Counted from the first letter of the stretch, positions 19,953 through 30,787 are shown. The stretch: 64,000 bases of DNA from an uncultured Gemmatimonadales bacterium (GCA_963840165.1 CAWIXT010000006.1:410002-474001), one strand, 5' to 3'. Numbers and translations: made by a program. Notes: a model not told the origin generated them from the sequence alone.

Positions 19953-21086
19953 TCAGCCCGCACGTTCCCAAGCACGCTGAAAGGCTTCGCACACAGTAAC
20001 GGGCGTAACCATTTCTGACGCTTGCCAGTTCAGTGCTCCCTCCAGCCACTTTGTTTCTACTTGCTCGTATGCGCACTTGGGAAAGGCACGCATGAGAACC
20101 TCCTCCGGAGCGCAGGACACGTGTTTTCGGTAGAACCGGCGGCCACGAGGTGGTCCAAAGGCAGCAATCAGATGGAGGAGACGCTTCAAACGGGAGCGGG
20201 TGAGATACTGCGGGTACTGGAGGTTAACCTCAGCGTATTCACTCCACGATGCGAACGAGCGGTTAAGTCGCCGCTCTTCCACAAAGCGCAGAACCGCGGC
20301 GTGCAGGGACAGCAAGTGGCCTACATCGTCCGACTCGTTCGAGCCGTGCCTGGTACCGGATATACGTGTTTCCAACTCAGCGGCATATCGCGCACGCAGG
20401 CCTCCATCAAAGCGCTGGAAGGATGTGCAATCCGCCAGGTTTCTGAGCCTGCCCCGATAGGACCAGTGGTAGGCGCCAGCCATGATCATCAGGGCATCAC
20501 CGATGGCTAGTAGAGCTTTGGCACGCCTCTCACCTACATACGGCACGGCGTTCGCTCCCGCGGGCGAGGTGCACCCCAGCCTCTCACCCCAGAGCAGGAC
20601 TCCCCGGTTCAACAACAGTCTTGTTGCCTCGATTAATGGCATCTGCTCGGCAGGGTAAGGCGGCATGCAGGTCGTCGGATCCATGCCAGACAGAAGCTGA
20701 CTTCCGTAACGCATCTCATAGTTGAAGAGTGTGAAAGGCCTATTTGGAAGATCGGACCAACGAAGTATCCCTACAGAGATCGGGACGCTGAACCGTGAGG
20801 CGCTGCTCTTCAGCCAGCTGTTGATACGCCGACGGGAGAGTAAACGCTCTGACTCCGTCAATCTCGGCGCAACGATGATGATGTCATAATCGTTGGCCGG
20901 CACTTGCTCGGAACTACCTGTTTCCCGGTAAGCCCGACCTACGGATCCTACCGCAAGGACGCTCGCTTTGCGGCCTCCCAAACACCTGGGCAGCTCTGTC
21001 GCCAGAGAGCTAAGCTCTTCCACCATTTTGACGTTGCAAGTGGATCGGACCAGGCACACAGGAGTATCGCGGTGCGCAGTGATCAC
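19953..21086 (-). CDS. Hypothetical protein with Pol-beta-type nucleotidyltransferase motif
   Basis: VGSVGR...NDYDIII (GS...DxD) followed by a helical domain. Confidence 0.6.
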   Translation of the reverse strand: MITAHRDTPVCLVRSTCNVKMVEELSSLATELPRCLGGRKASVLAVGSVGRAYRETGSSEQVPANDYDIIIVAPRLTESERLLSRRRINSWLKSSASRFSVPISVGILRWSDLPNRPFTLFNYEMRYGSQLLSGMDPTTCMPPYPAEQMPLIEATRLLLNRGVLLWGERLGCTSPAGANAVPYVGERRAKALLAIGDALMIMAGAYHWSYRGRLRNLADCTSFQRFDGGLRARYAAELETRISGTRHGSNESDDVGHLLSLHAAVLRFVEERRLNRSFASWSEYAEVNLQYPQYLTRSRLKRLLHLIAAFGPPRGRRFYRKHVSCAPEEVLMRAFPKCAYEQVETKWLEGALNWQASEMVTPVTVCEAFQRAWERAG

Positions 21087-21108
21087 GGCCTATCTCCGGT
21101 ATTCCCTC

Positions 21109-22137
21109 TCATCTCGCTCCTGCCATGTTAGCCGGGCAATCAGGCAGCAGCTTGCGAGACGCGAGAAAGTGTTCCAGCTCTGTGGCGACAATACGGAGTC
21201 CGCTTGGATTCGGATGCCGTGTCGGCTCATCCAGAAACAGGTTGTGGCCACGTCGTGCCGCAGCGCGGAAGGCAGGAAGGAGGTCGAGGACAGGGATCCC
21301 GTCCGTCATTTCCAGGCGGCGAAATATCGCGGGCGGCCAGTGCGCCGTTTCCGGGGCATCCACCTGAGTGGCGAACGGAAACAGCGCGACCGCGATCCGA
21401 AAGCCGTTCTCCTCGCCCAGCTCCGACAGGCTGTCGATCCCTCGCCGCACTCGTTCGCCCCGGTCCGACACCGAGGAATCGCCCGCGATGAACCTGGCAA
21501 TCGTTGAGTCGTATGCTTCACCTGCGCTCCGCATGACTACACTCTTGATCCGGGGCACCATGAACTGATACAGAGCACTGCGGCCGAGGACTTTCTTCAG
21601 GCCTGGGTGCCGCAGCATAGTTTTGCCCTCCGCAGCATCCATGATGTCATTGGGATTGAATCCGATGATCACCAGATCCGGCTGAAGCGACAATCCGATC
21701 AGCCGAACGAAGGCGACCTCCTGTTCCGTGTTGTAGCCGTTCACGCCGCCATTAACTATCTGCACCGACGCACACGGCAGTCCTCGAGCACTGATGAGGC
21801 GTTCTAGCTGGGCTCCATAGGTTGAATCTTCAGCCACCCCGTACCCGAAGGTGAAAGAATCTCCCACCAGGAGAACCCGGAACAATCCCGCAGGCTTTGG
21901 CGTCGGATACTCTGGACCGCGCAGGCCGACCGAGTTGATCCGCACGCTCCAACGCCCAACAGTCCGAGCATGTTGTCTCGGCTCGTTAACCCATCCCAGT
22001 TCAGGCTGATAGTCAAACTGGAGTGCATCCCCGTATCCAGCGATTCGCAGCATCCCCTCCGCCAGTCCCAATGCTACGACAACGGAAAAGGCGCAGAGAA
22101 CCAGCATCAGCAGGGAGAGTGAGACCTTCCCTGTCAT
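21109..22137 (-). CDS. SGNH/GDSL hydrolase, N-terminally anchored
   Basis: GDSFTFG, GVNGYN, NPND, HPN blocks. Confidence 0.88.
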   Translation of the reverse strand: MTGKVSLSLLMLVLCAFSVVVALGLAEGMLRIAGYGDALQFDYQPELGWVNEPRQHARTVGRWSVRINSVGLRGPEYPTPKPAGLFRVLLVGDSFTFGYGVAEDSTYGAQLERLISARGLPCASVQIVNGGVNGYNTEQEVAFVRLIGLSLQPDLVIIGFNPNDIMDAAEGKTMLRHPGLKKVLGRSALYQFMVPRIKSVVMRSAGEAYDSTIARFIAGDSSVSDRGERVRRGIDSLSELGEENGFRIAVALFPFATQVDAPETAHWPPAIFRRLEMTDGIPVLDLLPAFRAAARRGHNLFLDEPTRHPNPSGLRIVATELEHFLASRKLLPDCPANMAGAR

Positions 22138-23321
22138 GATCTCTGCCTTACTCTGCCGTTTTGCTGAAACAGAGAGTCATAAACGCGTTCCAGCTGGTCT
22201 ACCGTAGAAGCCCAGCTGAAGTGCTCGAGGGCACGTTGCCTGGCTTTCAAACCCATACTCCTTAGCAAGGACGGATCGACAAGGAGTTGCGACAGGCGCA
22301 GTTGTAGATCGGTTGAATCGCCCTCGCTAAACAGCCAGCCGGCGTCTCCAAGGGCCTCTGCGTTTGGTGCGATGTCGCTCGCCAGGATGGGGGCACCCTG
22401 ACTCATGGCCTCCAGGAGCGCGACGGACAGACCCTCGACACTTGAGGGCAGAACGAACAATCCGCAGTTCGCGTATAAGTCCGCGAGCCCGGCTTGATCC
22501 ACCCACCCGAGAAACAGGACGTCAGGTCCAGCGCTTTCGCGCAACCTTTCCATGTACGCGGAAGCGTGGGTTGCTCCCCCTGCGAAGACGAGCCGACACC
22601 CACTTATGCGAGCCTTTTGGAATGCCTCAAGCAGCTGGTGGCACCCTTTCTCCTCCGAGAGTCGGCCTACGAAAAGGACATATCGTAGGGGTTTGAGACC
22701 CGAGCGGCTGAGAATGTCCGTTTCACCTGCAGGATGCGGACACACCCCATTACGAACGACGTCCAGCGAAACTCGATAGCGCGTCGAAAGCTGGTCCGCC
22801 ACACTGTTGGAGACCGCGATGGTTCGGTGAGGTAGCCGCACACTGGCCCACTCGGCTAGGTGCAGGCATGCACGTGCGATCCTGTTCCACTTAGGGCGCT
22901 CCCAGTCTCGCGCGTGGACGGTAACAACTGTTCGACACCTCATCGCGCGGGGGATAGGCACAAAGATGGACGACCCAATCGCATGCACATGTACGATGTC
23001 GTATGATTCCCAGGCGGAGTGAATCGCGGCGAGGCCACTGTGGATAAGAGTCTCGAAATGCTTGGAGTCCGGTGCAGCCAGGCGCTTGACTCGCATTCCA
23101 CGGTATGTATCCCCGGAAGGAGCAAAATTAGGTCGGCAGTATACTGTGACCTCGTGTCCCCTCTCAGCCAGTCGGCTCCCAGCCTCCTCGTAGAACGTTT
23201 CTATGCCGCTATAGAGGTGACCAACACCACGGCCGCCGATGAAGGCCACCCGATAACGACGCAGGCGCGGACAGCGGCCCGCATCAGACGGAAGAACCGG
23301 CTGCTCAGGACTCCTTTGCAT
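22134..23321 (-). CDS. Glycosyltransferase family 4
   Basis: IGGRG..YSGIE, FVGRLSEEKG, PSSVEGLSVALLEAM; start at ATG 23321. Confidence 0.92.
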   Translation of the reverse strand: MQRSPEQPVLPSDAGRCPRLRRYRVAFIGGRGVGHLYSGIETFYEEAGSRLAERGHEVTVYCRPNFAPSGDTYRGMRVKRLAAPDSKHFETLIHSGLAAIHSAWESYDIVHVHAIGSSIFVPIPRAMRCRTVVTVHARDWERPKWNRIARACLHLAEWASVRLPHRTIAVSNSVADQLSTRYRVSLDVVRNGVCPHPAGETDILSRSGLKPLRYVLFVGRLSEEKGCHQLLEAFQKARISGCRLVFAGGATHASAYMERLRESAGPDVLFLGWVDQAGLADLYANCGLFVLPSSVEGLSVALLEAMSQGAPILASDIAPNAEALGDAGWLFSEGDSTDLQLRLSQLLVDPSLLRSMGLKARQRALEHFSWASTVDQLERVYDSLFQQNGRVRQRS

Positions 23322-25005
23322 CGGTAGCGTGAAGCGTCGCCCTGGTGAGTTGACGTGCTTCCGACACAGTCTGCTCACGTAGAGCGGCGCCAATACCGTC
23401 TGACTCATGTAAAGGCGGGCCAGAACGCCTCTGGTGAGTGTGACCCAGGCTCTGTACGACTAGCCCAGCGGTGAAGAGCACTGTCTCGATCAGAATCAGC
23501 AAATCAAGCAGGATGCTTTGGTGCTTGATGTAGTAAAGGTCGTATTCGATGTTCTCATGAATCTCCGAGTGCCGGTCGGCGCTGACCTGCCATAACCCCG
23601 TAATTCCAGGCTTCGCGTCAAGCCGGAGTCGTTGCTGTTCGGTATATCCTGCCACGAGGAAGGGCATCTCGGGTCGCGGACCGACCATGCTCATTTCCCC
23701 GCGCAGCACGTTAATCAGCTGAGGCAGCTCATCGAGACCGCCGACACGCAAGATTCGGCCGACACGCGTAATCCGCGGATCGATGTCGCCGACCGGGGAG
23801 TGTTCGTATGGATCTGCCTCGATTCGCATGGTGCGAAACTTTACGATTCGAAACCTCCGACCCCTAAGCCCAATTCTTTCCTGAACGAAGAACACAGGTC
23901 CAGGAGAGTCGAGTCGTATGGCAATCGCGGCCACTACCCACAGAGGAGCCGTCATCACGAGCAGAGCAAAGGCTACCACGATGTCGAGCGCGCGTTTGCT
24001 GACATGGTAGATGCCTGTAGTGCGTCGCGGACGGGGACGGAGCAACGGGATCGCGCTCAAATCTTCTACGACAAGATCGTCGGGTCGCGCGTCAACTAGG
24101 CGGGGTACCACCCCCACTTCTATGCCTCGATGCCGGCATAGGTCAAGCACCTCTCGTAACCGTGCAGACCCCAAGGTGGCAGCGACCAAGAGCTCGTTTG
24201 CACGATACTTGTCGATTACTTCGCTCAACTCCTCGAAGCGGCCGACAACACACGATCGGAAGACGTTTGCACCTGTTTGCGTGATACGACACATGACGGT
24301 GCTCCCTACAGGAATCATGTCGTCGATGAAACCAACTACTGTGCTGCCCAGATGAGAGGCATGGACAATCTTCTTCATCAACAGCTGACCGGTCGAACCG
24401 CAGCCGTAGATTAAGGTCTGCCGGCCTAGCTTTCCTCCCAGCTGCAACCGGCGCGCGATTGCGCAAAGAACTCGCCGCTCAATCACCACTAAAATCAGGG
24501 CCATCATGATTGAAGAGACGATTACGGCGCGGGAATAGCCCGTCAATTTCAAAAAGAACAACAGGCAGAAGAAGAACGCTCCGGCCAAGCCGACACCCTT
24601 CACAGCGGTCTGGAGCTCCCACAGATTCAGGACCGAAGCTCGAGCGCGATAGAGACCCAGATACCAGAACACAAGCAAAGACACGAGCCCGAATAACCCA
24701 CTCAGGGTGACGTAAGCCCCTGGCTCGGGGGGCGGGGCTCCCCATACCCAGAGATTGGCACCGATGGCGATCACGTATACCTGGTATACAAGCGCGAACG
24801 CAGCGAGAATCGCGGTTAGGTCCATCGTAGCGCGGATTGTACTCAAAGCACCCCGCCTGAACACCAGCGCACCCCATTGCTGCCGAAGAGGCGCCCCGAA
24901 CTGATCCGCCTTCGTCTTGCCGCGCGGATCGACAGCAGAGTTTGTGGGCTTCTCTTGTCGCCGAAAGAGCCTTACCGATCCGAACAAGCCCGAAGTCTTG
25001 CTCAT
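23305..25005 (-). CDS. Priming polyprenyl glycosylphosphotransferase (WcaJ/WbaP-like)
   Basis: N-terminal TMs, IYGCG CoA-binding-like region, KRALD, KFRTM, DPRITRVG, DELPQLINVLRGEMSMVGPRP, PGITGLWQV. Confidence 0.95.
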   Translation of the reverse strand: MSKTSGLFGSVRLFRRQEKPTNSAVDPRGKTKADQFGAPLRQQWGALVFRRGALSTIRATMDLTAILAAFALVYQVYVIAIGANLWVWGAPPPEPGAYVTLSGLFGLVSLLVFWYLGLYRARASVLNLWELQTAVKGVGLAGAFFFCLLFFLKLTGYSRAVIVSSIMMALILVVIERRVLCAIARRLQLGGKLGRQTLIYGCGSTGQLLMKKIVHASHLGSTVVGFIDDMIPVGSTVMCRITQTGANVFRSCVVGRFEELSEVIDKYRANELLVAATLGSARLREVLDLCRHRGIEVGVVPRLVDARPDDLVVEDLSAIPLLRPRPRRTTGIYHVSKRALDIVVAFALLVMTAPLWVVAAIAIRLDSPGPVFFVQERIGLRGRRFRIVKFRTMRIEADPYEHSPVGDIDPRITRVGRILRVGGLDELPQLINVLRGEMSMVGPRPEMPFLVAGYTEQQRLRLDAKPGITGLWQVSADRHSEIHENIEYDLYYIKHQSILLDLLILIETVLFTAGLVVQSLGHTHQRRSGPPLHESDGIGAALREQTVSEARQLTRATLHATDAKES

Positions 25006-26258
25006 TGATCAGCCAGGATCACGGGGCGGGCGCTGTTTTCCCGGGAGCCATCCCCTAGCTGACCAATCGAGTTCTGCCCCCAACAGTATGCAGAGCCGCT
25101 AGTGGTTACACCGCAAGTATACGAGAAGGCGGCACAAAGATTTGCAAAATGCAGGTCGCCGGATACCGCTGAGGGCTCACGTCCGACATTCGCGTCTTCA
25201 TTCCCCCCACCCAGCTTGCCATCTGTGTTAGAACCCCAACAATAGGCGGCACCATTGCCGGTGGTGATCCCACACGCGTGGGTGAAACCAGTGGTGATGG
25301 ACGTGAACTGATGCCCCCCGGCGACACTTGTTGGTGACGTGCGATCATTGAAAGTGCCATCACCTAATTGCGCCGCCGAGTTCCTCCCCCAACAATAGGC
25401 AGCACCGCCGGCGGCGACACCGCAGGTATAGTCGTCGTGAGTAGCTACCGACGTGAACGTGAAATCACCGGTCACAGGTACCGGTACATCACTGTCCTCT
25501 CTTCCCCCGGTTCCAAGCTGGCCTCGACTATTTTCCCCCCAGCAGTAGATAGAACCGGTGATCGACAGTGCGCAGGTGTGGAGCGCACCGGCTGTTACAG
25601 ACGTGAATTGAAGCTGCACGGTCACTGGAACGGGCACACGGCTGGAGAATGTCTGACTACCGAGCTGCCCGTTTTCGCCAGCACCCCAGCAATACGCTAG
25701 CCCACCCGTCGTGATGCCGCAGGTGTGCACCTCTCCAGCAGCAATGGATGCGAATGGAACGTCTGCGCTTACAGCTATAGGCGTCGAGCTCTCGGTGAGC
25801 GTTCCATCGCCTAGTTGCCCGGAGTTATTGGCCCCCCAGCAGAAAACGGTTCCTTCCGAGCTGAGGCCACAGCTATGACTCCTGCCAGTCGCAACAGCGG
25901 TGAAATGATTCTGGCCGAGCACGCGAGTTGGCCGATCACGCACGGTATGTGTACCATCACCGAGCTGGCCGGCGACATTGTTACCCCAACAGTAGATGTT
26001 TCCGTCCTTGGTCAGCGCACAGCTGTGGAGCGTGCCGGCGCTGACTGAGGTATAGGACCCAGCGACGGGCGGCGGTTCGGGCGTTGGCGGGTCGGAGGGC
26101 TCGCCCTGACACGCGATGGTCCCAGCGGCGATGAAAAGCGAGACCAGCCTTCTCAGTTCCGGCTTCCACTCAAGGCGTGTCTGCATGTAGGGACAAATCC
26201 ACATGGAGCGGCGTACGTTCGGGCGCAGCTTCCTAATTAGTAAGTGTCTGCGCCACAA
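25002..26258 (-). CDS. RCC1-repeat lipoprotein
   Basis: Seven repeats of HxCG(L/I)...G.AYCWG.N..GQLG; TIAC lipobox-like; true start probably near 26186. Confidence 0.9.
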   Translation of the reverse strand: MWRRHLLIRKLRPNVRRSMWICPYMQTRLEWKPELRRLVSLFIAAGTIACQGEPSDPPTPEPPPVAGSYTSVSAGTLHSCALTKDGNIYCWGNNVAGQLGDGTHTVRDRPTRVLGQNHFTAVATGRSHSCGLSSEGTVFCWGANNSGQLGDGTLTESSTPIAVSADVPFASIAAGEVHTCGITTGGLAYCWGAGENGQLGSQTFSSRVPVPVTVQLQFTSVTAGALHTCALSITGSIYCWGENSRGQLGTGGREDSDVPVPVTGDFTFTSVATHDDYTCGVAAGGAAYCWGRNSAAQLGDGTFNDRTSPTSVAGGHQFTSITTGFTHACGITTGNGAAYCWGSNTDGKLGGGNEDANVGREPSAVSGDLHFANLCAAFSYTCGVTTSGSAYCWGQNSIGQLGDGSRENSARPVILADQ

Positions 26259-26910
26259 TGATTGCCGTACCGGTTATCAATCCACCGATCACGTACGGGC
26301 TATTTCGAGCAAACCAGCTGCGCTCTGGGACGATGATCTGGTCGCCTGATCGCATTTCGTTCGCGACGGGAGCGTCGGTGTCAACATTCGCTCGCAATTC
26401 CTTTTCGCCGCGGAGAATCTTTACACCCTTCAGCTTCCCCTGCTGAGTGGCGCCCCCTGCCAGTGCGATTGCATCAGCCACAGTCATTGTAGGATCGACA
26501 TGATAGATGCCGGGGTTCTTCACCGCACCGAGGACACGAACCCGTCTCAACAGCGCGATCTGGACATCTTGGTTTCTGAGCTGCTGACGATAGGCTGTGA
26601 CCAACTGACGCTTTAACTCTGCCCCGGACACGTGGCTTACATCACGGGAGCCAAGCAAGGGAAGCACAACAGTTCCGCCTTCATCTACCGGGTATTCCCC
26701 GGGAATCTCGGCCTCCCGCGTACCCGCAAGACGGATTACATCCCCGGGCATGAGCGTTCCCGCAGCATCGTTCTCCTTCCCGGAGTGCGTAGTTGATGCG
26801 GGGACCTGCTGGCAGGCGGCAAAGTTGTGGGGGACGCTTGAGAGAAGAGCGGCGATCGTCAGTGCGACTCTCCCCATCAGCTTCGACGGCAGTTTGCAGT
26901 TAATCGTCAT
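26233..26910 (-). CDS. wza: Polysaccharide export protein (Poly_export + SLBB)
   Basis: LMPGDVI, GTVVLPLLG, VLGAVKNPG, ALAGG, GDQIIVP. Confidence 0.85.
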   Translation of the reverse strand: MTINCKLPSKLMGRVALTIAALLSSVPHNFAACQQVPASTTHSGKENDAAGTLMPGDVIRLAGTREAEIPGEYPVDEGGTVVLPLLGSRDVSHVSGAELKRQLVTAYRQQLRNQDVQIALLRRVRVLGAVKNPGIYHVDPTMTVADAIALAGGATQQGKLKGVKILRGEKELRANVDTDAPVANEMRSGDQIIVPERSWFARNSPYVIGGLITGTAIIVAQTLTN

Positions 26911-26918
26911 AGATCACG

Positions 26919-29405
26919 TTAGACACGCTGGTAACTGTAGCTTGCGTACTGAGAGGGCAGGTCAACGCCGTTGAGCACGACGCCAGCTACCGGCCCGTGC
27001 GTTCGTTCCAGACGCTCAAGGGTTAGGCGCAATGCCTCTTTGTCGGTGACGCCGCTGCGCACGACCAGTAGAGTCGCGTCCACTCTCGCCGCAATCGTTG
27101 CCGCGTCTGCTATGATGTTGAGAGGCGGCGTGTCGAGTATCACCAGATCAAATGCAGATCGTGCTTCTGCAAGCAGGGAGGTGAACTCTTCCTTTTCAAG
27201 CAGCGCCCCTGACTCATGCCTAACGGTTCCAGCCGGAATAACACAAAGTTCTCCGGCTCCGTTCACGTGAAATAGCTTCTCAACCTCCCGCAGGGTGGCT
27301 GTTCCCAGAAGTACATCCGTCAGCCCGGGTTCGGATCGCGAGAGCCGCAAAAAGTCCGATACACCCCGTGCTCGCATATCAGCATCGATCAGGAGAACGC
27401 GGGCACCTCGGCTCACTGATGCCACGGCAAGATTGCAGGCAGTGAAGGTCTTGCCCTCACCAGGACCGGCACTCGTGACCATGATGGATCTGACACCCGC
27501 CGCGCTGAGGTGCAGGTCAGTGCCCAGGCTGCGGAAGGCCTCGAATGCTGCCTGCTTCAGGGCCCCCTCATTGCCGGAACCCAAGCGGAACCTCGAGCGA
27601 TGCTTCCGGTGTCCACGAGATCGCTGGGTATCCACGACCAAACCGCCGCGGAATACCGAGGAGTCCAACGTACCCACACGAGCGGCGGAGGACACGCGGG
27701 CCAGTGGACCCCGTACATGGATGACAGGAAGAATGCTCACAACCGGGAGGGAGGTTGCAAGCTCAAGCTCTTCGCGATCATAGATGCGCGTGTTGCCGCG
27801 TTCTCTATACAACGCAAGCGCAACGCCAAAGAGAGACCCCATCATCACGCCTAAAGCGAGGTTCAAACGCACATTGGGGAGAATAGGCGCGGAGGCCAAT
27901 GATGCAGCATCGACGATGCTAACACTTGGGAGGCTCATACTACGCGCGATCTCCGCCTCGCGTAAACGAGTCTCTAGCAATCGATGCAGCTCCTGAACAA
28001 GCGAGACACGGCGCGCAAGCCGAGCCGTTTGGGCTTGCCAACCAGGAATGACGGCTATGCGGCGGCCGCTATTCTCAAGCACGCTATCAAGTGACCGGAC
28101 CTGTGCAGACAGACCCTGCTGATACGTGATGGCATACGACCTGAGTTGATTTTCGATGGCCGTGATTCTGCCGCTTAGAGCCGACAATTCTGGATCTTTA
28201 TCGGTCCGACGAACTGCCAGATCGCTGCGACGGTTCTCAAGCTGCACGAGGCTTTGCAAGAGGTCAGTAACCCCGGGGTTCCGAACAAACGTTGGAAAGC
28301 TCGCTATGTCGTGAGAGGAGGCACGGCCACCACTGCCTTCAACACCTTGAATCAACTCGGCAAGGGCGGCCCGCTCAGCCTCGAGCTGATCGCGCTGCGC
28401 TTTCACGGTAGCCAGCTGCCGCACCTCTTCGGAGGCCTGTTGGTCGAGGTTCGTAATTCGGTGTCTACGCCCAAAAGCCTCGGCGCTGTCCTCTGCCGCA
28501 GCGACCTGCTGCCCGAGCTGGGTCACTTGGCCGCGAAGGAAATGGGCGGTAGCGTCGGCCGCGGAGTGCTGAAGTTCGATGCGCAACCGGAGATAGCTCT
28601 CTGCGACGGCAGCACAAAGTTCCTGAGCAAAAGAGGCTGTTGACCCAGTGCATGCAAGCCGCACCAAATTTGCGTCACGATGAATCGGTTCAGCCTGGAT
28701 TTGTCCCTGCGCTGCGGTTACCGCATCGACGAACGCCACGACTTGCAGCTTGATTTCTCGACGCCTTCGGTCGTTAGGTAGGGAGAAGATCATGCCCGAG
28801 AACCGCAACTGCGACCCGTGAGGCCCTGCCGCAATCATTGTGTCGGCGGTCGTATCCCAAACGGAGTCGCCGGTGGTGTCGCCTACAACGCGGTAAATTC
28901 CAGGTCGCGCGTCAAGACCTGCGTCAAAGCCTGAGAAGAGCGCCCGCTTCCGATCTTCTCCGACTTTGTCTTCGGCAATCACGTGGAGATCCAAGCGGGC
29001 CACCACCGTGTCTAGAACTCGACGGCTCTGGATGAGCTCGATCTCGGTCTCGACGTCGTTCGTCCGGCCCGCGCGTTCCAGGGTCGCCAGGGGCGACGCG
29101 TCGGCCGAGCTGCTGGGCTTGTCCACGATGAATGTGACAGTCGACTCGTAAGTGCGGGGCCATACGCGAGTTAATACGGTCACTCCGGCCAGAACCGATA
29201 GCAATCCGGCCAGGATCAACCATCGCTGCCGCAAAAGTATGGATTTAAGTCGACGAGAACCGCGGCCCTGCCGGTCATAATTGCCCCCTACCGCACTGTT
29301 AGGAAATGCAACAGTACCGTTCGGCCGATTGAACGAGCTTTCCGGGTGCGAAGGTATCTCAGTGTACACGTAGGTATCCTGATAAGACACGAGCCTGTCT
29401 AGCAC
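26919..29405 (-). CDS. wzc: Polysaccharide co-polymerase / tyrosine autokinase
   Basis: Two TMs, coiled coil, EAFRSL, GPGEGKT, IDADMR, DTPP, C-terminal YASYSY; start uncertain. Confidence 0.92.
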   Translation of the reverse strand: MLDRLVSYQDTYVYTEIPSHPESSFNRPNGTVAFPNSAVGGNYDRQGRGSRRLKSILLRQRWLILAGLLSVLAGVTVLTRVWPRTYESTVTFIVDKPSSSADASPLATLERAGRTNDVETEIELIQSRRVLDTVVARLDLHVIAEDKVGEDRKRALFSGFDAGLDARPGIYRVVGDTTGDSVWDTTADTMIAAGPHGSQLRFSGMIFSLPNDRRRREIKLQVVAFVDAVTAAQGQIQAEPIHRDANLVRLACTGSTASFAQELCAAVAESYLRLRIELQHSAADATAHFLRGQVTQLGQQVAAAEDSAEAFGRRHRITNLDQQASEEVRQLATVKAQRDQLEAERAALAELIQGVEGSGGRASSHDIASFPTFVRNPGVTDLLQSLVQLENRRSDLAVRRTDKDPELSALSGRITAIENQLRSYAITYQQGLSAQVRSLDSVLENSGRRIAVIPGWQAQTARLARRVSLVQELHRLLETRLREAEIARSMSLPSVSIVDAASLASAPILPNVRLNLALGVMMGSLFGVALALYRERGNTRIYDREELELATSLPVVSILPVIHVRGPLARVSSAARVGTLDSSVFRGGLVVDTQRSRGHRKHRSRFRLGSGNEGALKQAAFEAFRSLGTDLHLSAAGVRSIMVTSAGPGEGKTFTACNLAVASVSRGARVLLIDADMRARGVSDFLRLSRSEPGLTDVLLGTATLREVEKLFHVNGAGELCVIPAGTVRHESGALLEKEEFTSLLAEARSAFDLVILDTPPLNIIADAATIAARVDATLLVVRSGVTDKEALRLTLERLERTHGPVAGVVLNGVDLPSQYASYSYQRV

Positions 29406-29453
29406 TCGGATAGGGTTTAACTGGTTACTGAACCTTGAAGGTTGATAGTCCCG

Positions 29454-30533
29454 TCAATTCGAGTGGAGGGGTTGTTGAACTGTGTTCTGTGGTTGACGCT
29501 TCTCAGCAGCCTCGGGCAGGGTAGCAAGCCCCGGCGTCGCGGAATTTTTCAGGGCGTGCCGTTGAGCCACTCGCCTCCGCGAATCTTGGCTGTCTGCCCG
29601 GAGTAGCCGGGTTTTGAAGTCTGCTATTGTACGCTCCAGGCCGTCACGCAAAGCCACCTGTGGTGTCCAGTTCAGGATCGTCTTTGCCTTCGCGATATCC
29701 GGGCACCGTTGAGTAGGATCATCCTCGGGTAATGCGCAATAGCGGACGCTGCTGGGGGCGTCGCACAGAGCCGCGATCGTTTCAGCAAGCTCCAGAATCG
29801 TAAACTCGCCGGGGTTGCCCAAATTCACCGGTTCGTGAACGCCTTCTACATTCATGAGGCGAATCAAACCCTCGACCAAATCATCAACGTAGCAGAACGA
29901 TCGTGTCTGCTCACCGCTACCGTAGATGGTTAGGGGTTCACCACGAAGCACCTGCACAACGAAGTTTGATACCACACGCCCGTCTGCCTCGTCCATACGG
30001 GGACCGTACGTATTAAAGATCCGAGCGATCCGGGTATCCACCCCCGTTTGGCGGTGATAGTCCATCATTAACGTTTCAGCCACCCGCTTTCCCTCGTCGT
30101 AGCATGCGCGCGGCCCGATGGAATTCACATTCCCTCGGTAGGACTCTCGTTGAGGATGAACGGTGGGGTCACCATAGACCTCTGAAGTCGAGGCCTGGAG
30201 AACTCGTGCTCCGATCTGTTGGGCCAGCCTCAATGCATTCAGCGTCCCTACAACATTGGCTTCAACTGTTTTTACAGGGTTGAACTGGTAGTGCATCGGG
30301 GACGCTGGGCAGGCCAGATTGTAGATCTGGTCCACCTCGAGCCGGATCGGCTCGACCACGTCGTGACGGATCAGCTCGAAGCGAGGATGATCGAGCAGGT
30401 GAGCAATGTTATCGCGGCTTCCCGTGAAGAAATTGTCGAGGCAGATCACTTCTTCACCGGCGCCGAGCAGACGCTCGCACAAGTGAGACCCTATGAAGCC
30501 GGCGCCGCCGGTAACGAGTATCTGCACGGGCAC
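29454..30533 (-). CDS. uxs: UDP-glucuronic acid decarboxylase (UDP-xylose synthase)
   Basis: [51 protein letters not shown]. Confidence 0.93.
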   Translation of the reverse strand: MPVQILVTGGAGFIGSHLCERLLGAGEEVICLDNFFTGSRDNIAHLLDHPRFELIRHDVVEPIRLEVDQIYNLACPASPMHYQFNPVKTVEANVVGTLNALRLAQQIGARVLQASTSEVYGDPTVHPQRESYRGNVNSIGPRACYDEGKRVAETLMMDYHRQTGVDTRIARIFNTYGPRMDEADGRVVSNFVVQVLRGEPLTIYGSGEQTRSFCYVDDLVEGLIRLMNVEGVHEPVNLGNPGEFTILELAETIAALCDAPSSVRYCALPEDDPTQRCPDIAKAKTILNWTPQVALRDGLERTIADFKTRLLRADSQDSRRRVAQRHALKNSATPGLATLPEAAEKRQPQNTVQQPLHSN

Positions 30534-30787
30534 TAACCTCGGAGTTTTTGGATTTGGTCGGTAGTTCGGACAGGTGGATCGATGCTGTTACATCACTGTC
30601 CTTGCCCGGATACGATATGCAGCCAGGTACCAAGATGCGCAAGAGGCGGACCCCCCAAACGACGCGGTTACCGGCTGTCGGTCTGGCAGAAAGGATAGAT
30701 CCGGATCCAATCGGAGGCAGAATGCAAAAGTGTCTTGGTTGAGCGTTGACGCGTCTGGGCCAAATCCGATTAGGCAGTTTAGCCTGA

